A DNA stretch of 58,003 nucleotides, the filler included, from Catajapyx aquilonaris (taxonomy: Eukaryota), in assembly GCA_000934665.2 (NCBI GenBank). It is 2 parts of 2 records of this genome, joined end to end, with 100 filler letters (N's around TTAATTAATTAA, not from the genome) between each part and the next. Parts side by side here need not be neighbours in the genome. Positions count along the whole stretch, not along the records: positions 1 to 28,931 come from KZ539231.1; 1 more part is not named here. One strand, given 5' to 3'. Shown here one piece after another: positions 10,581 to 22,406 of the stretch. Both the position numbers and the translations under genes were made by a program. Position 1 is the first letter of the stretch. Every line of letters begins with the position of its first letter. Under the pieces are notes generated by a model that was given only the letters and a program-made list of their open reading frames with translations, made no database searches and was not told where the DNA came from.

Positions 10581-11844
10581 TCCAGCTTTGTACCCCGATA
10601 AACATTACCGTAATTGGTTACCTATCAGGCTACGATATGTGAAACTGTTTTGATGATTAAAATTGTTTTGATGTTAAATACAACAGTTGTTTTCGAAAAA
10701 ATTTCGTGTTAAATTACATGGCGCGTGTGGCATGAAAAATGGCTTGATAGTGAGGTTGGCAAATAAATATATTTCGATTGTCCTGATTATTTTGAAAATC
10801 TCAAGTAAACATTGCTGGTTTCATTTACCTACCTGGATTATTTACCTGGATTTAGGAAATTAATTTCGTATCAGTCCAACATCTTATACTTATACACAAT
10901 ATTACTTCTGCATATCCAAAATAGATGTCTCCGAGCTCTCAGGCCAATGTTGGGTTGCCTCCCGTCTGACGAAACCGACTGGAGCTCTGCAAAGTCTGCA
11001 GTAGTTTGCAGGACATTGGGCACCTGCAGCTTCGCAGAAGGCATATGTCTGTTGCATAATTTTGGTTGCGCTTGGTCTGCCCATGTTTAGGCGCGAGGGA
11101 GTGGTCATATGTCCAGAAAAAGAGGGAATTTGGTTTGCGTCACTTTGCGTAACCGCATTTTATTCGCTTGCTTTACAACATGTAACCTACACATCATGAC
11201 TGCAATATCTAATGCGGAGTAATATTTTCCACAAACACTACAGAGTACACGAGTGGGTCAAATCACTCAAATGACATAATTATAATACGAGGGGGACAGG
11301 GGCAACCTGTACTCCGCTGGCTACCCCTCTATGGGATTATTTTGCCGTGAAGTAAATGATGAATTATGGTGTGTGGGATATAATTATATAAGACACTGAA
11401 TATCTAAGCACATCAATCTGCTATCACGACTATGGAAATATTGAATAACTGCCAGTTTGTTAATATGCCGCACAATTCAATTTCATACATGTAGCCTAGA
11501 AATTAAAATAAATGAGAGCCTATATTTATAGTGCCTATTTAAGAGCCTATTTGACTCTTTTCAGGGCCTAAATGCCTACCTATTTGAGGGTTTCTTCAAA
11601 GAGTTCTGCTATAATATATATACCTAGAGGAAGTACTCCCTATCCTTTCCCATTAGCCAGGCTCAGGGAGTCGCCATGGTTACTTGGGTCATATTGTTGT
11701 TCTGACAGTTGTGTAGCAACTGGGACAACAACCAATAATGACAACTGGGACAAAAATTAGTCCAATAATGTCAGGCGTCCGCCATCTTTACTTGGGTCAT
11801 ATTGTTAGCCTGCTTCGCATTTCACCCCGAGTGCTCTCTCTATA

Positions 11845-12019
11845 CTAGGGGGGAAGATAACTCATGCGTTTGGCGAGGTGGCTTGTAACCTTGGGAACCA
11901 AATAATTAACCCCATCCTCCCTATACCGGTCGACCAAAACTCAGCAGGGGACGTGAGCAATTATGGGTTGTCAAGGTCACAAGCCACCTCCCAAAACGCA
12001 TGAGTTATCTTGCCCCTAG
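11845..12019. mobile_element. 175-bp MITE with ~50-bp TIRs
   Basis: TIRs ctagggggg-aagataactcatgcgtttggcgaggtggcttgtaaccttg / caaggtcacaagccacctcccaaaacgcatgagttatcttgcccctag, flanked by TATA on both sides (TA or TATA TSD). Confidence 0.85.
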
Positions 12020-12144
12020 TATAGGTATTTCATTCATTACAGCAGAACTCTTTGGGGTTTTTAGAGCCTAAAAATCCATGCCTTAGTGAGATGATCCATT
12101 TAATTAATTCAATTTGACATAAATACATCGATACTGTTCCCTGA

Positions 12145-12255
12145 TGTTCACTATAATACGATATCACTATAATCATCATATATACTGTAATCACACACTG
12201 TGTATCACTATATATCACTATAATACTACAGTAAATCACTACAATACTACAATAT
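12145..12255. repeat. Degenerate low-complexity tandem repeat (tatcactataat-like)
   Basis: Recurring cactataat / tatcacta units. Confidence 0.55.
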
Positions 12256-12405
12256 TCATTTCCATTACTTGGATGAAGGTAACGTGCGACTACGAATCTT
12301 TAAGTGAAATTATTGACCGATTGGGCCAAAGTGCTGTAATCTACCAGGGTTTACGAATAGGCTCTCGTGCCACTTTCTCAACCTGTCATGTACGTAATAC
12401 CAGGA

Positions 12406-13330
12406 CTACCTTTTGTTCATTCGGAATTTGGTGTTTTCGCCAATGAAAGCTAAGATTATGACAACGTGAATGACAAAAGGAGCCTTCAACTGACTGATTC
12501 TGCGAGCCATGGAAAGTGCATACAAGAAATTCTTCCCCTTGGCCCCCTTCAAGGCAGTCAGACCCATCAGGTAGCCAAAATCCCTTGTAAACTTATCATA
12601 CATATAGGACTGAACATGACCAAGCTCGCATCTTTTCCAATAGTGAAACAAAATTTGATACTTAGGTAGAGAGAATCCAATGGTGATCCACAGGGACGAA
12701 TCAGGAATGGTCTGGACCGGAAAGTTTCCATCCAAGTCCATAAACTGCAAGGACATGTCATTCAGGATCTGATCGAAGACGATGCAGCTGAAATCCTTAT
12801 AGATGGCCCTTACCAAGCAATTGGTCATGTCCTGCCCCTTCTGCATCCAGGCTCGCATCTTCCTGATGTAGTACACTTCCTCCGAAAATTCTGTCAGCAT
12901 ATTAACAGAATCTGTGACATAGTCCATGGTGTCCCATGAGCAGTTGGGCCAGTCTACCATCTCCCTCAGGCTTTGAGGCAGAGGGTGTAGTGCTGGAGAC
13001 ACCATGAATCCGAAGTACATGGCATCGTATCAGGTCACAAAGGAGCCAGTAGAAGTAGCTTGAGTGAGTCGACTATCGGGGTTAGGCTTGGGTTTTCTTC
13101 AATCAGGGCAGAAAAGGAGAACTAGAGGGAATATAAGGCGAGATGGGCCTGTGGTGTGGACTCTTCAGGAAAAGGGTTTCGCTCCATGGCATACACCTTC
13201 AAGTTGTAGTAAAAACAGACGCCAACTGCCCGTGCACATATTATGTGCACGGGCAGCTCACGAGATATTATACGGGCAGCTCACGAGATATGCACACTGC
13301 TAGAGCCAAACCTGAAGAGTGGACCTTTGG
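12406..13330 (-). pseudogene. Divergent ionotropic receptor, least decayed copy (M1, pore, M2, S2, M3), intronless
   Basis: Reads TLQVWL / LAVCIS (start of M1), AVGVCFYYNLKVY, then SL*FSFSALIEENPSLTPIVDSLKLLLL (pore/M2). The supplied ORF 12406-13020 continues with SPALHPLPQSLREMVD (start of S2), IGFSLPKY and LKAPFVIHVVIILAFIGE (last TM). Stops and frameshifts lie upstream of 13020. Confidence 0.8.
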
Positions 13331-13673
13331 GTTGTCGCCGTTACGGAAACCACGGTGCCCTCGTTAACTTGTAAACCTTGAGCTATTTGCATGTACTCCA
13401 TTCAGGTTCACATGAGAAGAAAAGGTAATTGAAAAAAGGGGTCCTTTTTTTGGAATCGGAATGGACACGTCAGCAGAACCGAATTGATCGATGGCAGGAA
13501 AATATAACAATTGTTGCAAGGGTATTGGGTCACTACCAGTTGGGTCCTAAAAATAGGCCTACCTGTTATGAATTGAGTAACATGGCGCAGACGCATTCGT
13601 TAACTAGTGTAATCAGATGTACTGTACACTTGGTTGGATATGCAATAATTATTTATTCGGCCGTAGATGATTT

Positions 13674-14906
13674 GAAGACCTCGGGAGAACAACGATCAAG
13701 GTCCACCTCAGGTGAAACTGAGATATTCGCATTAGGCCCATAAGGCTCCATTGTAAATCCCACTTTCGGAGCCTTCCATATAGTGACCTATGATCATTAC
13801 TCCATAACCACTACCAAACCATCACATTATACGAGTAGTGGCGGATCAAAAGCGGCCATCTCCACGAAGTCCAGAAAATGAACTGCGTGCGGGGCATTGT
13901 ACCTGAAGGCAATCCCTTCCATAAGGTTTGCATGTGGCAGGCCTAAGTCGGCCAACTCCCGAGATATAAGGGACAGAAAGGAGACTGGCAAAGCACATTC
14001 GGCCAACTCCGCGAACTGTGGCAAACCAAATCCGGCCAAATCCGTCCATCTCTGCTGGCGGTGCAAAACCGGCCAACTCCCTAGCGTTTGTGATGGGAGG
14101 CCGCCTGTGGCACCGGCTCAAATCGCGCGCCTAAAAACCGTCGCATTGGCAACGGTGAAGTAGTGCCTTGACATAAGGTAATGTCGCAACTACACAGGAC
14201 GTGTCGGTGTAGCAAACTAACACCACTTCCTCCACCCAGTGTGCCTGAAAATGTCTGGCGAGCAAGACATTCGGTGGGATGAAACCACCTGGGCTTGAGA
14301 TTGGTGTGCCAATATCAAAAAAGAAATTGGACGATGTGCGTTCTCTCATCGAGGTGCACTTTGGTAGTGACTGGGAGACGGTGGGGGGTACTGAATATTA
14401 CAAACATGTCCTTAGTGGTCCAACTGGTGACGAAGAGCAAGACAGGTCTAACAACTGTATGTGCAGAGAAGAAACCAGTACCTTTGTAGGGCCTTAGACT
14501 CTTCACAACATCAATTTGTATTCCTCTCTTTGGACCCAATTATGAATAAAAATAATACTACATGACTGTGGCAGTGCAAAATTAATCCAACTCCACCTGT
14601 GGCATGTCAGACCTGGCCAACTCCAACCTTTGTCATGGAATATGTTGGTAACCCTTTCCCCCACATTTGCGACACAAGTATGTCCATCAAGAACTCCTGA
14701 AGTCCTATCTTTTAGCAGTCACAGCGTGCTTCTATCTGCTATGGTTGTTGATTTCTACGTTTTTTAACTCTACTGAAAATTTCGATAAGCAGGAGATGGC
14801 CGCTTTTGATCCGCCACTACTCATACGCTAGTGACTTTACCTTCTGAGATATGTAACTCATTTTTGACAAAAAGTGGACCTTGATCGTTTTTCTCCCGAG
14901 GTCTTC
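13674..14906. mobile_element. Outer TIR element (Sola-like MITE) hosting a nested Sola element
   Basis: ~33-bp TIR gaagacctcgggagaacaacgatcaaggtccac / gtggaccttgatcgtttttctcccgaggtcttc. Flanks attt and atat are AWWT-like but imperfect. Confidence 0.72.
13833..14822 (+). mobile_element. Sola-superfamily DNA transposon, internally deleted, with a transposase C-terminal remnant at ~14270-14497
   Basis: 31-bp perfect TIR gagtagtggcggatcaaaagcggccatctcc, GAG terminus and a perfect 4-bp TSD ATAC. The remnant PISKKKLDDVRSL...YYKHVL resembles Sola1 C-termini. Confidence 0.8.
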
Positions 14907-15102
14907 ATATTTCTTTACTATTATTTAACATTATAAATGTGTCCAGCCTTCAAGCTTGTTTGAGTATAAAACACCCCCCTGCTATCAATAGAAGAGAGTG
15001 CTGACCCTGATCGTGTCCTATTTCACAAACAACTTATGTTGATTACATCCGCCGGGACACTTTCTTCGCTCGGGTTATTGAAAGACTGACATCAGGACTT
15101 TG

Positions 15103-15137
15103 TATAAAGCAGGCGATTGATTCGAGCGCAATCAGTA
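15103..15137 (+). promoter_or_regulatory. Candidate TATA + initiator core promoter
   Basis: TATAAA at 15103 and the arthropod Inr TCAGT with its A at 15134, 31 nt apart. Confidence 0.4.
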
Positions 15138-16963
15138 TGTCTCGTTACCTCCATGTTACCCGGTAGACTAGTTCCCAGAGGTACTACTCTTTCTTGAGAT
15201 ATAGTGACGTAGTATCTTGCCTTGACTACGGGTCAGTTGAATGACAACAGAATGGGGCTATAATGAAGGGCGACTTAAAGGCAGAACGATATAGTGTAAT
15301 TTGTGAGTCTATGGCGCTAATAGAATATTGGTTTTCTACAGAATCGGAGAGAAAATCATGGAAATGAATGCAATAATGATGTACGGTGTTAATTTTCTAC
15401 AAGCACATTTAATACAAGGCATCATTGTGAGTGTTTAATATAGACTATCGGGTGACAGACAATTGATTAAAGAAAATACTTCCTTGCACAGTGAGGAACA
15501 TCTAATTTACTTGTATTACCTGCAGCTGTAGCATTATATAGTTCTGATACAAGTCCTTAATTACTGTACAAGTCGTTTCATTTCATATAATGTTGCCCAT
15601 TGTGACCTGAGCAGACCTGAGTACTACTGTAAATGTGAACATATTGTAATTATGTAGGCTACTTATTTCCCAGCTTTAGTCACTCAATGATATTTTCTAC
15701 CGAGTCCAGCACCAATCATTTCGGTCATTTCAGTGCAAATCGATGCTGATCGGAAAGTTGATGATTCATTTATTTCGGTGTTCTGACCAGTTGTAGGAAG
15801 GTCCTGAAAGGTATGGCGGCCATGTCTGTGGGGGTGTCGTTCGCCTTTTGTTTCTGTTGTTACAAGGAGAAGAAGAATTACAGCAGTAAAAATGGTGTGT
15901 ATAGTGTTTGGCAATTAAGATGTTGAACAACTCTGGCGTTAAGAATAATTTATCTAAGTTTGGTTACTTTGATGCAACTGGTTACAAAGTGCTTGCAAAT
16001 TGCAAGATCTGCTTCATGATTTAATATGCCACAAAACATTGCTTTCGTAAACTTGAGTGAGAAGTTTGTTGGATCATGCAGAATGGCCAAACTTCCATTC
16101 ATCTTCCTGGCGATGACATAATGCAGTCACTACCACCTATAGTGACTGTAATTTATATTCTCAAGGGCCTTGGCACATTTCATGTTGTACTGAGTAGGCC
16201 TAGGGTAGACTATTAGAAATTCGCCCCTGCTGATGATACAGATGGGCGTATAGATTGCTCATCATCCGATAATGATATTACATAATGAAAATAATGTACC
16301 ACTGCACAACATTTTTCATTTTCACTGTACTCCCGATTATCTGGGTGCGGATTATCCGTGCATCACCAAAAAATAAAATTTTCGCATAAGTAAAACAATC
16401 TACATACAAATGAAAGGCTGGAGTTGAATTATTGTCGTCGTCGTATTTTCTCGCCCAAACATTGTCTCTGCTCTAACATTATTTTAATCTTACAATAAAT
16501 GAACATATTCCTTTTCAAATTCAATCTCGTTTAAGAAAGACCATGGTCTCCACATGTTCACCAAAGAAAGACTTGAGTTGATGTACAAATCCAAATCCAA
16601 CTACTACTCCTTCATTATTCCAATGTCCCTGGCTACGCTCGTGGCTGGAATTGGAGAGGAGAAACTTCCTCGCCAAGTAGAAGAAGTCTTGACAAAAGCT
16701 GGAATGATGTTTCAGTCTCAAAATGACTTTCTAGATTGCTATGGAGACGAAGAGGTGACAGGGAAATCTGGAACTGATATTGAGGAAGGGAAATGCACCT
16801 GGCTTCTGGTCACTGCCTTGAAGCTTGCCAATGAGGAGCAGCATAAGGTTCTCGAGGTCAGTTTCACACTGCAACTACAAACCAGGATGTAAATTATGAC
16901 TTTCAGAGATGCCTGCGAGAGAGAGAATACGCATATTAATCATCACCCTCCTCTTTTAGGAAT

Positions 16964-18046
16964 CCCTTACCGAAATTTAACCCAGCCGCGAGCTTGCCGC
17001 TAGCTCGCCAGAAGCTGGCCAGCTCGCCTCAGGATAGCCGCCACGTCGCGGGACCTCGCGGCTTTCAAATATTCTCCTGACCTCGTCATGACGAGCTAGC
17101 CGCTACTTGGCGCCGAGCAAGTCATTCCGCGAGGTCTCTTTTTCTGACCTCGTCATGACGAGCTAGCCGCTACTTGGCGCCGAGCAAGTCATTCCGCGAG
17201 GTCAAGTCTCTTTTTCTGACCTCGTCATGACGAGCTAGCCGCTACTTGGCGCCGAGCAAGTCATTCCGCGAGGTCGAGTCTCTTTTTCTGACCTCGTCAT
17301 GACGAGCTAGCTGCTACTTGGCGACGAGTTTATTCGAATGTGGGGCAGCTTCCCGCGTGGAGATGGCGCTGTCGTCGGTGTATCGTTGCACCGATTTATC
17401 CCACAACAATGCGAATTAATTTTGGCCATTACTCATGTGCAAAGGTGGCAGGATACTCCACTGCATGCGGCTCAGTTACACCCGAGGTACTTCATTGTGA
17501 CATTAATTTGCTAGAGTCATTAAATGGCAATGCTGTTTAGTGCGAGCAGGACAATCCGCGGTATGAAAGAGCCATACAAGCCGGGCACCTCCGCACTTCC
17601 ACGAAAACCAAGCAACCAACCATGCGAAGAAGAGAATAATAAAAAGCGAAAAAGCCACTTCCCCATCCCCAGTGTGACTTGCTCGGCGCCAAGTAGCGGC
17701 AAGCTCGTCATGACGAGGTCCCCTTACCGAAATTAATTTATATATAATATCAATATAGTGGCGAGGTGGTCGCGTGGTGGGTACCTCGCGACTACCTCGG
17801 CTGGCAAGGTGGTCGCGAGGTACCCACCACGCGACTACCTCGGCTGGCAAGGTGGGTACCTCGCGACTACCTCGGCTGGCGAGGTGGCCACCTCGCCACC
17901 GCCACCTTGCGACCACCTCGCCGACCGCCACCTCGCCGCGACTTCGCCCGCGACATAGCGAAATGAAACAACCGCTAGTATGCGGTTGGGTGGCCATAAG
18001 CTCGTCTGACGACCTCGCCGCGAGGTAGAGAAAATTTCGGTAAGGG
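16964..18046. mobile_element. Non-autonomous CCC-terminated DNA transposon (CMC/EnSpm-like) inserted in an FPPS exon
   Basis: TIR cccttaccgaaattt / aaatttcggtaaggg with a 2-bp TSD AT. It carries subterminal tandem and inverted repeats and a second left end at 17721. Confidence 0.85.
17074..17330. repeat. Four tandem ~70-bp units inside the transposon, with an inverted copy at 17676-17720
   Basis: Unit ctgacctcgtcatgacgagctagccgctacttggcgccgagcaagtcattccgcgaggtc, containing the palindrome ctcgtcatgacgag. Confidence 0.9.
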
Positions 18047-18689
18047 ATGCTATGGAAGCAAAGATCCAGTTCATGTGAGGAGAGTAAAGAGCCTCTACAA
18101 CGAATTGAATCTTCCTCGAATCTACCTTAATTATGCAGAAGAACTGCTGCGTTCCTTCTGTTTTTGATATCTAGACTACACTCTTCCTTTCAAGAAATTT
18201 CAAACTTCGTGCAACCTAATTATAGTTGATATACATATCAAAAAACGGATCATGTTAAGAAAATTATCGAGGAGAAATACCCAGAATGAATAGGCAATAT
18301 TATACTGGAAAAGGGGATGAGGGCTGTCCTAACCTTTTCAAGTCCTACAGCCCGTTTCCCGCTATTTATTCAAATGAACAAATCTCCTCAACATACATAA
18401 AGCCATAGGTCATAAAACAAATCAACATTAATAAACAATTAACAACAGTAGGCTCACCAGGCCGTCTTCTTCTGTACGTCTTCTTCTGTTCAGGAGGCAT
18501 CATGCTCTTCATACTGTTGTTGTCTCCGACCCCTACCAGCATTCATCTGCGATAATAAGTGGTCCGCCACCAGGCAGAATTATTGGTTGAAGGTAGGGAG
18601 CAGCTTATATTATACTGGCAATATTATACTGTAATGTCATTACGAATACGCGAACAAACACCTCAAGGTAAAATGTGTCAGAGGGCACT

Positions 18690-18979
18690 AACGAAAGGCT
18701 GCCGTTTAATTATTGTCGTCGTCGTCCTTTCTTGCCCAAACATTGTTTGCTGTAATAAACTACATATTATTTTTAAAACCAACAAAACAACGAGGAACAT
18801 TGTAAACGTAATAGTGACAGTTATTTCTAAGTTTTGAACACCTTTCGTTGCTGGATATAAAGGTAGACTTCCTTATAGAGTTCTGTGCTTCAAAATTTCC
18901 AAACTTCTCTAACTCGAATCTTCTATAACTCAAAGTTTTTTCCGGTCACATGGAGATACCACTTATAGAAGTTTTACTG
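18690..18979. mobile_element. pogo/Tigger-like MITE remnant, with a related fragment at ~16325-16480
   Basis: Shared aattattgtcgtcgtcgt..gcccaaacattgt at 16427 and 18708. Right-end-like acttatagaagttttactg. Confidence 0.45.
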
Positions 18980-20621
18980 GAGTACGTCAAGTGTGACACT
19001 GCCTATTCCTTCTCGACGTACTCACGTGATCACCAGCACTATTTCCTCCTGTAGAATATTGGTTTCTACAAATTATGCAGCAAGCATGTTTTTAAATAAG
19101 GCAATTATGGGGTCACTTTCACATGTCACGTGAATAGATACTGGTTCAGAAACCTGAACTAGTCATAACAAGTCAGAGTAGTTCGAGGTCATTCATGACG
19201 GTAATCACGACAATCACTGTCATCGAGATGCTGCTGTATAATTATTACCGTCAAGATTTGTGCCACTCTATGTATTACACCTGTCTAGTTACACACTGTG
19301 ACTTACGCTCACTATCGCAGCAGTCCATTTTGACAATCCTGTATTGTCAAATTGATGAATAATACAGCAATATTACGATTGATGCGACGCAATCATTTGT
19401 TATATAATTTGGAAACGGTAAGTGCAAAATAAATAATATCAACCTTGCAGTTAGTGTACATGCGTCATGTAATTTGCATTCGCAATATCACTTACGTCAA
19501 TTAATTGTTAGAAGATTGAGAAAGTGATAAAACTTAAAAAGAGGCCGAGAAATCTCATCTTGGAAATATATAATTATATTTTTTGCTATGACTAGAGCCC
19601 TATAGCTATTTCCGCATATCTAATCCAGTTGTAAAATAATCGACTAACTAATACAGTGTTCGCAGACTGTTTCATAATGATTCCAAATAATTCTAGGGTG
19701 GCATTCAGTGCAAAAAATGATGTTCATGTAAGGCTGTAGCAGGATGTCTTTTGGCACATGTACCAATTTACTTGGGTATACGCAGGGCCTGATTTAGACC
19801 TTGGGGGGCCCGGGGCGATCTTGGTTAGCCCCCCCCCCCNNNNNNNNNNCCCCCCCCCCCCCCGAAATTAAAATATACCGCAGTAAGGATAATATATTCA
19901 CGAAATACATATCACAGTCAGTTTAATGCATTTAAGCCTGGAGCTGGATGTTCGTCAGTTTCGTCACAAGTGGTTAATTATTAATATTTAATAATGATAT
20001 AAAGTATTTTTAATTCTTTAATTTTTTGCCAAATTGTGGCAAGTTGGTGCCTAGTCAAATAATATGGTGGGTGGAGGTCATTATAGTCTCAACAACCTTC
20101 ATAAGGTCGGTCCAATGATGCTAATTAGGCCTATACGTGATCTTTTCAAGTTACAAAAAAAATCATCCTCTGAACCATCTATAATACCACGTGTACTAGG
20201 CTATAAGTAGTTCCTACACGCCTCAACTTTAACTGTTCTCTAGTATGAAGATGTTCAATATTATTCAATGCAGGCACGTACAGAAACCAGATATTTCCAA
20301 GTGAGCCAAATGTCCACCTTGAGCCCCCTTTTTTACACGTCCATTTGGTATAAATTCCACTCATGCCTCGACTCCGCTAACCGATGCGTGATTGGCCACC
20401 TCACATGAGTTTGTATCATTGAGTCAGCACAGGATTTAGTGAGATTTTGAGGTAGAGTCGCTAGACGCAAATGGAACCCGACATGGCTATTACTCTGCTT
20501 GTCATTCATGTAATTAAAGTTCCAGTTTTTGGAAAAATGTTTTGTAAATATATAATAAATTATATAATGAAACGAGAAGAGCGTCAGAAACTCACTCACC
20601 TTGAAATATATAGGATACGAG

Positions 20622-20660
20622 TATATAAGACGACGTTAGAGTCGCATTTTTTCTCAGAAT
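20622..20660 (+). promoter_or_regulatory. TATA box and Inr-like site of takeout copy 3 (same in copy 4 at ~25946-25984)
   Basis: tatataag lies ~30 nt upstream of tcagaat, and the ATG follows ~10 nt later. Copy 2 has a similar arrangement. Confidence 0.55.
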
Positions 20661-20664
20661 CACC

Positions 20665-22406
20665 ATGAAATTCCTGATGTGGTTGCTGGTTGCTCTGGTG
20701 CCCTCCATCTTTGCCGGGGTCGTCCCAGAAGGTCTGCATTTTTACGATATTTATTAGAAACACCCACAGTTTGGGAAAGTACTGCCACTATTGACAACTA
20801 CAACTATAGAAGCTACTCACTTTTGAATATTAAGATTCCCTTTTGTAGAGAACTACTCTGCAATGTATGACATTGTGTTCTTCTAACGGTTGTTCCAGTC
20901 TTACACCTCCAGTCATATGCGTGACACAAAATTGTTGCAGCCTTGCACACTTGTCAAGGTTTTTTTTTTGCCATATGACATAAGTACCCTTGCGTCATAT
21001 GGGCAAGAGTGTCCTCTCGATCTGAAGTAATTTAATTTTTGTTGGGGCCGGCAGTCATGATATCCTGGTTTGTCACTGTCAAGCTGCAGCAGCCACTGTG
21101 ATCAACACTAATTTCACCTGAATCCAATTAGAGTCGCAGTTTTTCTGCAAGTTTTTCCCGTGCCAGTGTTTATTTTAAGTAATGTGGGATATTCCCATTA
21201 ATATTAATATAAAAATAAGTACAATTATCAGCCTTGTTGACTGCATCATAAAGGCAATGTTTCCTCCACATAATTTCAGATGATGTAATTTCTACCTGCA
21301 AGGATGCTAGTCAAGCAGAGATGGGACCATGCCTGGTCGATCTCATCAACAAGATGAGCCCGGACTTTGAAAAGGGTATGAATTTTATGACTCATTATTT
21401 TTCTCGAATAATAATTATATTGCTTTTTATAGCATAATGTTTAATCGTTGACACATTATGAATATTCCATTGCATTCACTTGTCAATCAATACATTGTCA
21501 CTTTATATACCTACATATTGTGTCCGTCATCTTTGATTCATGTCTAAAAGCTTTACTGTATTTTCAGGTCTGCCTGAGTTTGGTTTACCATCCTTGAAGG
21601 AGGTAGAACTGGACAGGTTCGGCATGACCGAGAGCCAAAACGAGAACACTTACTTTAAAATCGAGTTGTGGAACATGATATTTAAGGGTTTTGAGGAAGC
21701 GAAAATGACCAAGATTGATGTCGATTACGACAACAAGATTGCTCGCTGGGAGGCTGTCGTCCCGGAGGTCTTTTTGCGTGCAAAATACAAGATTGACGCC
21801 CAGCTGTCCTTCATTCCCATCCAAGGGGATGGAACCATGTGGGCAAAGCTATGTAAGTTTTCAAAAATCAGTGACACACAGTGTCAGAGTTCAGATTTAT
21901 TATAAAGAATTTATGCAATCTGAACAAGCTTCCATTGGGTCTACGAACGTTATAATTAAAACACGAATAATTGTTGTGATGCAATAATTTCAGCAAATGG
22001 TATTGCTAAAGGATACCACACATTCAACATTGTTGGTGAAGATAATCACTTGGAGGTGGTGGGGACAATGGAGGACCTGGACTACGAAACCGCCACAGCC
22101 AGATTCAATAATCTTTTCCCAGGAAATGAAATCTTGAGTGAGTTTTACTATTGAATCATATAGTGCTGACTGACATTTTCCACTTAAACGTCCTACATGT
22201 AACACTTTTCTTGTTCATTCATTGCAGAGGAAGCGGCCGAGTCCTTCATTAACCAAAGTGCCGGAGACATGTTCGAACTGATCGAACCTGAGTTGAATAA
22301 AAAACTTAGCAAAGTCGTCACCGACTATGCAAACAACATTGGAAAAACTCTTCCCATTGAAAAGTTGGCAGGAGAAAAATATCTTAGAGAAGTGTTCAAT
22401 CTCTAG
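20665..22406 (+). CDS. Takeout/JHBP-family secreted protein, copy 3 (256 aa). Exons 20665-20731, 21280-21375, 21568-21852, 21994-22137, 22228-22406.
   Basis: GT-AG introns, in frame (771 nt). Signal peptide MKFLMWLLVALVPSIFA; Cys pair; motifs GLPEFGLPSL and FNNLFPGNEILKEAAESFIN. AATAAA at ~22505. Confidence 0.93.

Larger units (their letters stand above)
16521..18160 (+). pseudogene. FPPS: Farnesyl diphosphate synthase-like (trans-IDS) pseudogene, C-terminal half only. Exon ~16521-16856, intron 16857-16959, next exon 16960-16963 + 18049-~18160, split by a transposon.
   Basis: KSNYYSF..P, FQSQNDFLDCYGDEEVTGKSGTDIEEGKCTWL (second Asp-rich motif region). Removing the insertion restores ECYGSKDPVHVRRVKSLYNELNLPRIYLNYAEE. 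No N-terminal exons were found. Confidence 0.9.

Noticed and set aside
12406..13020. 204-aa ORF as a standalone novel gene
   Set aside because: It is the S2-to-M3 part of an IR; the upstream IR sequence carries stops and frameshifts.
17074..17330. Palindrome-containing direct repeats resembling a CRISPR array
   Set aside because: The units are contiguous with no unique spacers and lie inside a TIR/TSD-bounded element in a eukaryotic locus with no cas genes.
17503..18074. Several overlapping repetitive ORFs
   Set aside because: They are products of GC-rich subterminal repeats of the transposon.
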